From: an uncultured delta proteobacterium
Lineage (GTDB): Bacteria > Desulfobacterota > Binatia > UBA9968
Reading direction: 5' to 3'
DNA: 64,000 nt
Assembly (NCBI GenBank): GCA_963745835.1
Contig: CAVUZH010000003.1
Coordinates: forward strand, 736,001 to 800,000
A program made the position numbers and the translations under genes. The notes under the pieces were generated by a model, which saw only the letters and a program-made list of their open reading frames with translations, was not told the origin of the DNA and did not search any database. This document shows, piece by piece, positions 19,999 to 29,185 of the stretch; position 1 is the stretch's first letter; each line of letters starts with the position of its first letter.

Positions 19999-21498
19999 AT
20001 GGAGATGTCACTGCTCGACGCCGCTATCAAAGGCCTGACGAACATCCTTCATCTTAAAGTTTTCCTCGCCATGATGGTGGGCGTCGGCATCGGCACTTTT
20101 ACCGCGGTGGCGCCACAGGGTCTCGGCATGCCGTTGGTGTACGCGATCCTATTGCCTGTGGTCGTGCGCTGGGAGCCGGTAACCGGCATGGCGCTGCTCA
20201 TCGGAGCGAGCTCCGTGAGCGCGATCTGCGCCGCGTACTTGCCGATTCTATTCGGCATACCCGGCGGTTCAGGCTCTCAAGCGACCGTGCTGGACGGCTA
20301 TCCGATGGGCAAACGCGGCGAAGGGCGGCGCGCCTTAGGCGCCTCTTTTATGGCCGGAGGGATGGGCTGTCTGGTGGGAACTTTTACACTGGCGCTGGCA
20401 ATCCCTGCGGCGCAACCTTTGATCTATCTGATGGGAGCGCCGGAGTTGTTTGTGGTGGTGTTGTGGGGGCTCAGCATGGTCGCAGTCCTGGCCGGCCGGC
20501 GTCCGATTAAGGGACTTATCGCGGCGGTATTTGGCTTGCTGATCGCGACCGTGGGCCAACAGGGGCAGAGCGGTATCATGCGTTTTGTCTTCGACCAGCC
20601 TTATCTCCTCGATGGAATTCCCTTGAGCATCATCGCGCTGGCGCTATTCGGTATTCCCTCGGCGCTGGATCTGGCGTTGACCAAAATCGGCGTAGAGCAA
20701 CAACCCGCGCCTTTAAAGGGCAGCCTGCTTGACGGGGTCAAAGACACTCTGCGCGAGTGGTGGCTGGTGTTGCGCTGCAGCTTTATCGGCGTCTGGGTCG
20801 GTATCGTTCCCGGCATCGGCTCGCAGGTAGTCGATTGGCTTGCCTACGGCCATGCGGCGCAAACCAGCAAGGACGCAAAAAATTTCGGCAAAGGCGATGT
20901 GCGCGGCGTGATCGCGCCGGAGAGCGCCAATGACGCCAAGGACGGCGGCGATCTGGTGACAACCTTGCTGCTGGGATTTCCTCAGGGAGTGGTCACCGCG
21001 TTATTCATAGTCGCGCTATTGGCGTGGGGATATCTACCCGGTCCTGAGATGGTTAAAAAGAACCTCGACATCGTCTATAGCGTGGTCTGGATTCAGGGCA
21101 TCTCCGGCGTGATCGGAACCTTGGTCGGCTTTGTTTTAGCGGCGCAACTGGCCAAACTCGCCGAGGTGCGTTACTCGGTCATGGTGCCGATCATTTTCAT
21201 ATTTGTTCTGATGGGCGCCTTCAGTGTCAACCGTGATCCGATCGATTTGCTTGTGGTCGTGGTGTTCGGAATCATCGGTTATCTGATGAGGCGATTCGGT
21301 TATCCCAGGCCGGCAATGATTCTAGGCCTAGTACTGGGTGGTCTCATGGAGACTTATCTATATCGATCGATGGCGAGCTATGGATTTAGCTGGCTCGCCA
21401 GGCCCTCGGTGATCGTGCTGCTGAGCTTGGCAGCCATCTCTTTTCTTCTGACCATGCGGGCGAGACTGAAGAACTCGCCCAAAGCTCAGGCAGCATAG
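19999..21498 (+). CDS. tctA: Tripartite tricarboxylate transporter large permease TctA
   Basis: ILFGIPGG, DGYPM, GRRALG, GVIAPESANDA, ILGLVLG; highly hydrophobic 499 aa. Confidence 0.9.
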   Translation: MEMSLLDAAIKGLTNILHLKVFLAMMVGVGIGTFTAVAPQGLGMPLVYAILLPVVVRWEPVTGMALLIGASSVSAICAAYLPILFGIPGGSGSQATVLDGYPMGKRGEGRRALGASFMAGGMGCLVGTFTLALAIPAAQPLIYLMGAPELFVVVLWGLSMVAVLAGRRPIKGLIAAVFGLLIATVGQQGQSGIMRFVFDQPYLLDGIPLSIIALALFGIPSALDLALTKIGVEQQPAPLKGSLLDGVKDTLREWWLVLRCSFIGVWVGIVPGIGSQVVDWLAYGHAAQTSKDAKNFGKGDVRGVIAPESANDAKDGGDLVTTLLLGFPQGVVTALFIVALLAWGYLPGPEMVKKNLDIVYSVVWIQGISGVIGTLVGFVLAAQLAKLAEVRYSVMVPIIFIFVLMGAFSVNRDPIDLLVVVVFGIIGYLMRRFGYPRPAMILGLVLGGLMETYLYRSMASYGFSWLARPSVIVLLSLAAISFLLTMRARLKNSPKAQAA

Positions 21499-21521
21499 GC
21501 GATGCTCAGCGCGGTCCGATC

Positions 21522-21995
21522 ATGAATAACCTATTCACCTATTTTTTATTTTTCATTTTTCTGGCCGCCACAGTGGCGGGTTGGAGCTGGCCCTACATTG
21601 CCAAGTTGATGCCGGTGTATGTTGCCGCGATTCCCGGTTTGATTTTGGTCGTGGCACAGCTTGCGCGTGACGCTTTCGGCAAGGCACCCGCTGCCGAAAC
21701 CGGTGGCGGCTCAATCGATATGGATGAAGTTTATACCGCCCAGCTCGAAAGCAACGTCGAAGTCCGGCGCACCTTGCTCTTCTTTGCCTGGTTCATCGGT
21801 GGGGCACTGGGCATTTGGTTACTGGGGATTGTCATTGCTCTCCCCGTGCTGGTTCTGCTCTATACTCTCATCGAGGGCAAAGAGAGCTGGACTACTTCGT
21901 TGGTGATGACCGCGTGCACCTTTTTACTGATCTGGGGACTCTTCGAATACATGCTGGAAACACGCTGGCCCGCCGGATTGCTGTTCGGCTATTGA
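21522..21995 (+). CDS. tctB: Tripartite tricarboxylate transporter small permease TctB
   Basis: 4-5 TM segments, C-terminal WPAGLL, directly after tctA. Confidence 0.78.
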   Translation: MNNLFTYFLFFIFLAATVAGWSWPYIAKLMPVYVAAIPGLILVVAQLARDAFGKAPAAETGGGSIDMDEVYTAQLESNVEVRRTLLFFAWFIGGALGIWLLGIVIALPVLVLLYTLIEGKESWTTSLVMTACTFLLIWGLFEYMLETRWPAGLLFGY

Positions 21996-22143
21996 CCTCA
22001 CGAACTCTCGAACCTTGCCGTCGTCAACATTTCGTCTGGGCGCGCCCGCCACATATTGGCATCTGCCCATGACCCCTTTACCCATATCTGCGGATCATGT
22101 TAGGTATCGGGGAATAGCTTACAGCGCGACAAGGATAAACAGA

Positions 22144-22878
22144 ATGCAGATCATCGAAAAGGAATTTACCACCAAGGAGCACGGCATCGCCGGTTTCCTG
22201 TCTCATCCCGAACGCAAAACGCCGGGCCCCGCATTGCTTTTGATTCATCCCAAGGGTGGAATGACCGACTACATCAAAATCGAATCACGCAAGTACGCCA
22301 GGCTGGGTTACAGCACGTTTGCTATTAACGTTTTCGAGCAACTCGGCTACCCTGCGGCAACCCACATTGAAACCGGATCACAGATTCAAGCCAAGACCGC
22401 CGATCCCGAATTCACCCGGGTGCTCACCGAGGGCTGGCGCTTTTTGCTTTCGCAGCCGCACGTGAATAAGCAACGAGTAGCGGTGTGCGGTTACTGTATG
22501 GGCGGGCGCATCGCGATTCATTTCGTTGCCGCAACGCCCGAGGTGCGCGCGTTTGTCGGTTACTATCCGACGGTGCGTGACGAACCGACGTCGGCCTTAC
22601 GGCCGGTTCATCCTTCGGAGGCGGTGGGCAAGATTCGTTGCCCGTCAATCGTTTTGTACGGCGCCGACGATGTCACCACGGTTGTGCCGGTGCAGGAAAA
22701 GATGTGGCAGGCATTTAAAAACAACGGTCAGCCCTTGGAGTGGCATTTCTTTCCATTCGGCGGGCACGGTTACGTCGATCCGGGCGCGGTCGGTTATCAC
22801 GCCCACGCCGCTGAGCTGTCGTGGCCGCTGGTGGTGGATTTCATGGAGCGCCAACTTCAGTGGGGCGATGCGGCGTAA
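22144..22878 (+). CDS. Dienelactone hydrolase family protein
   Basis: Nucleophile motif GYCMGG, GADD, GHGY; start at ATG 22144. Confidence 0.85.
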   Translation: MQIIEKEFTTKEHGIAGFLSHPERKTPGPALLLIHPKGGMTDYIKIESRKYARLGYSTFAINVFEQLGYPAATHIETGSQIQAKTADPEFTRVLTEGWRFLLSQPHVNKQRVAVCGYCMGGRIAIHFVAATPEVRAFVGYYPTVRDEPTSALRPVHPSEAVGKIRCPSIVLYGADDVTTVVPVQEKMWQAFKNNGQPLEWHFFPFGGHGYVDPGAVGYHAHAAELSWPLVVDFMERQLQWGDAA

Positions 22879-22940
22879 AGGCGATTTATCAGTCTGTATA
22901 AGTAAATTTAAGCTTCTTAGTAACATTTTGGAGGTGCGCA

Positions 22941-23360
22941 GTGGAAAAGATTAGCAAACCGACTGTCGTCGATACCGAGAAACAAGCTCAATGGGGACGC
23001 GTGACCGGCCGCAATTACATCCGCCCGACGCAGACGGATCGCGCCCATATTGCGCTCAACTGTTACGAGCCGGGAGCGAACGACGAGATGCATTGCCATC
23101 CAGGATCGGATCATACGTTCTTGGTAATCGAAGGCGAGTGCACCATGAAAGGGCTAAACGAGGGCGAAGAATACAAGCTCACCCAGCACCAGGCGGTGCA
23201 TGTGCCGGCGGGTTATTTTTACCAGCTCAACAACACCGGTTCCGGGCGGCTGATTCTTTATCAGGTTAGCACCGAACCCAATCCTAAGCCCAAGATTGGC
23301 AAGGTGCTGTACGGCATCGATACCAGCTTGAAAGAACATCTGCTCGAACCGATCGGCTAA
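22941..23360 (+). CDS. Cupin domain protein
   Basis: MHCHPGSDHTFLVIEG and VHVPAGYFY cupin motifs; RBS GGAGG before GTG. Confidence 0.8.
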   Translation: MEKISKPTVVDTEKQAQWGRVTGRNYIRPTQTDRAHIALNCYEPGANDEMHCHPGSDHTFLVIEGECTMKGLNEGEEYKLTQHQAVHVPAGYFYQLNNTGSGRLILYQVSTEPNPKPKIGKVLYGIDTSLKEHLLEPIG

Positions 23361-23373
23361 TGCGGAGGAAGAG

Positions 23374-23625
23374 ATGACGTTCGAACAGGTACTACAGTGG
23401 TGTCGTGACAATGGAGCCGATGCCAGAGGAATCTACCGGGCAAGGGACTTCTGGATCCGCCGCTCCGATCGTCTGCCCGATGATTTGCCGGCAATCGGCG
23501 CGCTCTTTCATTGGGATGTGCGGTTGAGCGAAACGCAATTAGCCGTCAGCCCGTCCGATATGGAGCGCATGGTGAACGGTAAGATGACTCTCGAACAATT
23601 CAAAGCCACTCACCGTCGCGGTTGA
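23374..23625 (+). CDS. Hypothetical protein
   Basis: RBS GGAGG, operon position, followed by a terminator; no motif recognised. Confidence 0.6.
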   Translation: MTFEQVLQWCRDNGADARGIYRARDFWIRRSDRLPDDLPAIGALFHWDVRLSETQLAVSPSDMERMVNGKMTLEQFKATHRRG

Positions 23626-23666
23626 TTCTCTCAGCTAGCCAACAAGACACGGTGAGCAATTCACAT

Positions 23667-23698
23667 AAAGCCGCAGCAAGATCCTGCTGCGGCTTTTT
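23667..23698 (+). terminator. Rho-independent terminator
   Basis: AAAGCCGCAGCA-agatcc-TGCTGCGGCTTT perfect 12-bp stem ending in a T run. Confidence 0.8.
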
Positions 23699-23816
23699 AC
23701 TTGAGCTCACGAGAGTGCGGCGACAGATTGGCTCGATTGGAGCCAGAGGTGGATGACTGAAGAGCAAGCGCAACTATCGTCATCTTTGGATATACTTTCA
23801 GTCTGCCTTCATCGCG

Positions 23817-23846
23817 TTGACACCTCCGCGGTGCGCACAATACAGT
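23817..23846 (+). promoter_or_regulatory. Possible sigma70 promoter of the grdE/grdB-like pair
   Basis: TTGACA-N18-TACAGT, 28 nt upstream of ATG 23875, downstream of the terminator. Confidence 0.4.
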
Positions 23847-23874
23847 CGATATATCGGTAGAAAGCTAAGTTGTT

Positions 23875-25157
23875 ATGGAGCTAACCCTCGCGATTCATCC
23901 GATCACGGCAATTCGCTTCGGTCATTCGACCGGCTTGGACGGAACCTTGCTGGATGTCGCTGCCGAACAGTTGCAAGCACTGCTCCTTGAAGACCAAACC
24001 TTGACCGCGGTGGATTTAGAGATCGCTTGTCCTGGAGAGAGCTGCAGGGCCGGTCCGGTTTTCGATATCATCGAACCGCGTGCCAAGGCCCCGGATTCGA
24101 GTCCTGATTTTCCCGGTATTCTTGGACCGCCGCATACGGCAGGGTTCGGTACAACCCACGTGCTCGAGGGCGCCGCGGTAACAGTGCTGAGGGAAAAATC
24201 TGCCGGAGACTCGCGCGGCGCCATCGGCTATGTCTTGGAGATGAGCGGAGAACCGGCGGCAGGATCCAAGTACAGCTCGTTGCAACATCTGATTATCACG
24301 CCGCATACTCAGCCGGCTCTGGCCGATCATGCCCGGCAAAAAGCCTATCGGCTGGCCGGACTCAAGGCCGCTGTGTATCTCGCGCGCGCTGGATTCGATC
24401 ATGTGCCTAGGTCACGCGCGACGTTTGGGAGTGTCGATCCATCCGCTACAGCACGCGACGGAGTGCCCCGCCTCGCCTATGTCGGACAGATATTTTCGCG
24501 TCAGAGAAAGCCGGTGCTGGACGAGCAGATTCTTTACGGTCTCGGTACCGATGGCATGCTGCCGGTCACACTTCACCCCGACGAATGGCTCGACGGCGCA
24601 GTAGTGCCGTCGTATCACACCTCTCTCGGCGGTGCGGAGACCTATTTCTATCAGAACCATCCGGTCATCACCGAGCTTTACCGGCGCCATGATCAAGGCG
24701 AGCTTAATTTCGTCGGCACGGTGGCAACGATTGCATCGGCTGACAACTTTGATCGCGAGCGCAATTGCCGGTTCGCTGCAAACCTCGTGCGAACGGTTTT
24801 AAAAGCAGATGCGGCGGTACTGACCAAATTTGGCGGCGGCGTTCCTCATACGGATCTATCGGAAACGGCACGTTTGCTGGAAGGAATGGGCATCAAAACC
24901 GCCGTGCAGGTCACCGATCTGGCGCGCGACCGCAGGGTGGAGTCGGCGCTGCTGTTTAATTTTCCGGAAGTCAACGCGATCGTGTGCATCGGCGGCAACA
25001 GCACGCGCTGGAAGGTGCCGCGTGCCGAGCGGGTCATCGCCGCATCACCGGAGTTGAAGGAAGCTGCTCGGCGGAGATCTTGGAACTGGAATCGCTGAAC
25101 GTCGTCGGCATCGCCAATCAGCAGGGAGGATCGCGGCTCCGTGCAATGGTTTATTAA
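23875..25157 (+). CDS. grdE: Glycine/sarcosine/betaine reductase component B alpha/beta subunit (GrdE/GrdG/GrdI-like), apparent frameshift near 25060-25080
   Basis: PGESCRAGPVFDIIEPRAK, FPG, GTTHVLEG, RLAGLKAAVYLA, LHPDEWLDGAVV, TYFYQNHPVITELY; a family-like C-terminus LELESLNVVGIANQQGGSRLRAMVY* lies in another frame ending TAA 25155-25157. Confidence 0.82.
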
Positions 25158-25303
25158 CAGGCTGGTGAAAAAGCCTCATATGCTTCGTTGCGCTTGCTCG
25201 ACTCGCTTCAACGTACTGAAGCGTACGCCTCAGCTCATCGAGCTTCGCGGGCCTTGCCTCTGAGTCTTTTTGACCAGCTGTGATCAGGGTTTTTCAGAGA
25301 CTG
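25158..25303. mobile_element. MITE/REP-like palindromic element inserted between grdE-like and grdB-like genes
   Basis: Terminal inverted repeats CAGGCTGGTGAAAAAG (25158-25173) / CTTTTTGACCAGCTG (25266-25280), a second degenerate right end GTTTTTCAGAGACTG (25289-25303), internal stems GCTCGA/TCGAGC and CGTAC/GTACG; no coding capacity. Confidence 0.65.
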
Positions 25304-25350
25304 GTACCTATTGGACGTTTTGAACTGACTTGCTTAACAGGAGACCAAGG

Positions 25351-26634
25351 ATGCGAATCGTACATTACCTAAATCAATTCTTCGCGGGAGTCGGCGGTGA
25401 AGAGAAGGCCGGCATGCCGCTCGAAACTCGGGAAGGCGCCGTCGGCCCCGGAAAACTATTCGCACAGCAGATTGGCGGCGACGCAAAGGTGGTGCTGACT
25501 CTGGTATGCGGCGACAATTACGCGGTCGAGAACCAGGATCAGATGATCGCGGTCGCTGTTCAGAAAATTCGCGAAGCCGACGCCGATCTGTTAATCGCCG
25601 GGCCGTGCTTCCAAGCAGGCCGCTACGGCATGGCCGCGGGCGCGCTCTGTTCCGCGGTACAGTCGCAGTTGAACATTCCTGTGCTAGCAGCGATGAGCGA
25701 AGAAAATCCCGGCACCGATCTTTATAGAGAGCTGATGTACATCGTCGACTCGGGCTCCAACGCGGCCAAAATGCGCGAGGCTGTACGAAAGATGGCCGCT
25801 CTGTCACGCAAACTGATCGATAATCAGCCGATTGGCTTGCCCAAAGAGGAAAACTATTTCTCCCGGGGCTTGATTCGAGACCGATTTGTCGAGAAGACGG
25901 CGGGCCAGCGGCTAGTCGATATGGTTCTAGCGAAAGTCAAAGGGGAGGCTTTCGAATCGGAAATGGCGCCGACGACATTTACGCCTGTGCCCATGCCGCC
26001 CGGAGTTAAAGATCTTAAGCGCGCAAAGTTGCTACTGATTACCGACGGTGGGTTAGTCCCCAAGGGCAATCCGGACAGTATCCAAGGCTCGGCTGCTACC
26101 CGCTGGGGATCGTATAAAATCGACGGTTGTGACGATCTCAAAGGCGAAGATTACGAGATATCGCACGGCGGCTACGATCCGCAGTTTGTCTGCCAGGACC
26201 CGGATCGTCTCGTCCCGCTTGATGTCATGCGCGAGCTGGAAAAATCCGGCGCCATCGGCGAGCTGTACGAAGAATTTCTTTCGACTTCGGGTTTGTCCAA
26301 TCCGCTGTCGAATACGCGGCGCATGGGGCGTGAGATGGCCGATAAGGCGAAGCGGCTCGGCATCGATGCGGTGATATTAACCTCGACTTGAGGCACGAGC
26401 ACTCGCAGCGGTGCTGCGATCACCACCGAGTTGGAAAAGGCTGGAATTCCAACCGTGCAGATCACTTCGGCGATGCCGATTGCCAAGATGGTAGGCTCCA
26501 ATCGGCTGGTGCTAGGAAACGGTATCGTCCACGTAGTCGGGGATGCCAAGCTTTCTGCCGAGCAAGAAAAGGAAGTGCGCCGGCAACTGGTTCAAAAGGC
26601 ACTCAACGCGCTCGAGGCAGACAAACCAGAATAA
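25351..26634 (+). CDS. grdB: Selenoprotein: glycine/sarcosine/betaine reductase component B selenocysteine subunit (GrdB/GrdF/GrdH-like), 427 aa, Sec at codon 347
   Basis: MRIVHYLNQFFAGVGGEEKA, CGDNY, AGPCFQAGRYG, GGLVPKGNPD, HGGYD, DPDRLVPLD; in-frame TGA 26389-26391 in VILTST-U-GTSTRSGA continues in frame into track ORF 26431-26634 (EKAGIPTV...VGSNR...GIVHVVGD). Confidence 0.9.
26403..26419 (+). promoter_or_regulatory. Putative bacterial SECIS element
   Basis: Perfect stem TCGCAGC / GCTGCGA with GGT apical loop beginning 18 nt after the UGA, fitting the general bacterial SECIS pattern (G-containing apical loop shortly 3' of UGA). Confidence 0.72.
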
Positions 26635-26772
26635 TGTTTGCAAATGATGGAACGTTGGTGGGGTATGTAGCAGTGCGTTTGGTGTGAAAGCGGGCGAAGC
26701 CTGCCGATCGCCGAGGTTGCCCGGCGAGGCCTTCCGATCGGTTCTAGTAGCAACGCGACCAAAGTCTTGACG

Positions 26773-27813
26773 TTATCTCCACAATTGATCGAAGAATCCT
26801 GACCTTTTCACCTCTTCGACGTAGCGATTGTCGTAATACGCGGTCAGCGGCGTAGCCGATGCCATTTGCGGATCGGCGAGATTGCTCTGCACCATCTGCT
26901 TGACCATACCGCGCAACGCCGCCTCGGGGACCATGCCTTCCTTGGCATAATTTTCGGTCGCGAAGCGATACGATTGTTCCACCATATCGGCGTCACTCAT
27001 GGGCATCCACTTACTCATCACCTTTTTGGTGTATTCCCTGTCCGTCTGGATGATTTTTATCGCCTCCGCCGTGCCCTTGATTGTCTTAATCACGGTGTCA
27101 TTATTTTTTTCGGCAACCGACCGGCGCGCGACGATACCGTTAGTGATAAACGGGGTGAGCTTCGCGAGATCGCTTGGTGAAGCGATCTCATGGTAACCCT
27201 GCTTCTTAAGCTGAAAGTTATACGGCGGTGAGAACACCGCACCGTCCACCGAGCCGCGGCTCAAACCCGCGAAGGCTTCCGGCTGACCGCCCATTTGGAG
27301 AATCGTTACATTCTTGATGCCATAACCATCGATCAAGGTTTGCAGGGCAAAATGCGTCACGGTGCCGAGGCGGCTTACACCGATTTTCTTGCCTGCTATG
27401 TCTTCTGGTTTTTTGATTTCGGATTTCACCATGATCGACTGTGTAAAACGTGGCACCATCGCAGTAATCTGGATGATATCTCCGCCCTTTAGGATATTCG
27501 ATATCACCGCGGGTCCGCCCGATCCGGCCACATCCGCCGCGCCTGATAACATGGCGTTGAACAGCGCCGAAGAGGCGCCGATAAACACCGGGTCAAAGTC
27601 AATTCCGTGTTTCTCAAAAATGCGCGCGTCCTTGGCGACAAACCACGGAAGACAATTGAGACCGATGGGCGAGAATGGAAAAGGAACTTTCTTGAGAGCC
27701 TGCGCCTGGAGCGGAGTGGCGCAAAGCAATGTGGCGACTAGAAAGAAGACAGCGGGTTTGAGACCGGCCCTCAAAAACAAGTAAAAAGACGGAAAATCAG
27801 ACGAGTGTTGCAT
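26773..27813 (-). CDS. ABC transporter substrate-binding protein (NMT1/SsuA-like)
   Basis: Signal peptide, PWFVAKDARIFEKHGID, GKKIGVSRLGTVT, GSVDGAVFSPP; RBS GGAGG. Confidence 0.85.
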   Translation of the reverse strand: MQHSSDFPSFYLFLRAGLKPAVFFLVATLLCATPLQAQALKKVPFPFSPIGLNCLPWFVAKDARIFEKHGIDFDPVFIGASSALFNAMLSGAADVAGSGGPAVISNILKGGDIIQITAMVPRFTQSIMVKSEIKKPEDIAGKKIGVSRLGTVTHFALQTLIDGYGIKNVTILQMGGQPEAFAGLSRGSVDGAVFSPPYNFQLKKQGYHEIASPSDLAKLTPFITNGIVARRSVAEKNNDTVIKTIKGTAEAIKIIQTDREYTKKVMSKWMPMSDADMVEQSYRFATENYAKEGMVPEAALRGMVKQMVQSNLADPQMASATPLTAYYDNRYVEEVKRSGFFDQLWR

Positions 27814-27907
27814 CTCGGATCCTCCTCTCTTCGTGACGGTTGCTGGTCTAGTACATTCGGCTCGCCACTGTCAATGCTCCCGCGCGATTACGATAGCCCA
27901 AGATCTC

Positions 27908-27938
27908 TCACGGAGTTTATCCTGAGTCTCTTCGAAGG
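27908..27938. repeat. Degenerate REP-like short repeat remnant
   Basis: Minus strand CCTTCGAAGAGACTCAGGATAAACTCCGTG resembles, from memory, a CTTCG...CTCAGGAxAAAC intergenic repeat of deltaproteobacteria-like genomes; single copy here. Confidence 0.3.
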
Positions 27939-28078
27939 CGGGGAATCTCTCCGACGTGAGAATTCGTGACCAATACAAATGAAGAAGCACGCGATACCAG
28001 GATGGGTGTCCGTCTTGAAACAGGTTGCACGTTTGGAAGGCTTTCACTGTTTGAACTAATCTACTGCTGAGTCGCGAC

Positions 28079-29110
28079 TCAGTTTCCCAACACTTTTTTC
28101 AATCGTTCGATGACCTCCGGCCGCTGGGACATCATTTCCTTGGCCAAAGTTTCCATCTCTTCGCCGGAAGTGTACTCGGCATCGAGCTTCTTGCTTTTCA
28201 CTTCCTCCATGAACGCATTGTCTTTCAACGTCTTGTGGAAAGCCTCGCGGAGGATCCTAACATGTTCGAGACGCACGCCGGGCGGGCCCATGTAGGGACG
28301 TTGAAAGATCTCCGAGGCGGTTACGATTAGGGCTAATCGTCGGCCGATGTCGGGTGTCTTATACTTGTCCATTAACTCATTGAGGGTCGGTACGTCCAGC
28401 AACCGGTTATCTCTATTTTGGCCCAATTGGATGATGGCCCGCACAAAGTTTGTTTTTCTCCAGGTATGAAACGGTTCTCGGCCGAAGAATGCCGTGACGC
28501 TGAACGCGCGGCACTGTAGCTCGCCGCGCTCGACCGCCAAGTCGATCTCATTGCCGCCTTTATATCCCGTGACGATGTTAAACTTGGCGCTGATGGTTTC
28601 GTCCAACAGTCTGGGCACCAGATACCCTGTCGTCCCGGTACCGGTTGCGCCGCACTTGGGCGGTTCTTTGGCACTGCGCACATCTTCCATAGTTTTGAAC
28701 GGCGCATCGGTGCGCATATAAAGCACATCGGTCGTGCGCGAGGCATTACCGATCCAAGCAAATTTGGCCCAATCGAATTTGATTTCCGTTCTGCCAATGA
28801 GCTGGTCAATGTAGAGATTGGGGTTGGGCGCGAGCAACGTTAAACCGTCAGGTTTGGCGACGCCGTAAACGAAATTCGCCGCGACAATATGTCCCGCACC
28901 CGGCATGTTCTGCACCAAAATACTCGGATTACCGGGAATGTTTTTTCCCATATGCGTTGCGATCATGCGTGCGTAAATGTCGAACAGATCGCCGGCCTGG
29001 CTACCGGTGATTATCGTAATCGTCTTGCCCTGATAATAGGGCGTCTGCGCGGCAGTACGGCTGCTCGTCGCGACGACAATTACAAACAAGAAAAGAATTG
29101 CTCTTCGCAT
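28079..29110 (-). CDS. Orphan TctC/Bug-like substrate-binding protein
   Basis: YYQGKTITIITGSQAG, IPGNP, NMPGAG, KPDGLT, GYKGG, ERGE; start at ATG 29110. Confidence 0.82.
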   Translation of the reverse strand: MRRAILFLFVIVVATSSRTAAQTPYYQGKTITIITGSQAGDLFDIYARMIATHMGKNIPGNPSILVQNMPGAGHIVAANFVYGVAKPDGLTLLAPNPNLYIDQLIGRTEIKFDWAKFAWIGNASRTTDVLYMRTDAPFKTMEDVRSAKEPPKCGATGTGTTGYLVPRLLDETISAKFNIVTGYKGGNEIDLAVERGELQCRAFSVTAFFGREPFHTWRKTNFVRAIIQLGQNRDNRLLDVPTLNELMDKYKTPDIGRRLALIVTASEIFQRPYMGPPGVRLEHVRILREAFHKTLKDNAFMEEVKSKKLDAEYTSGEEMETLAKEMMSQRPEVIERLKKVLGN

Positions 29111-29185
29111 TTGTGACCCTTCAATCCGATGTGCTGTGACCGAACTCCCCACAATGAACCGCATGGATAATTATATAGAAACTTT

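Noticed and set aside
26389-26391. TGA as a real stop, giving two genes (25330-26391 and 26431-26634) or a pseudogene
   Set aside because: It sits at the family's Sec position, the downstream sequence is in frame and homologous, and a SECIS-like hairpin follows.
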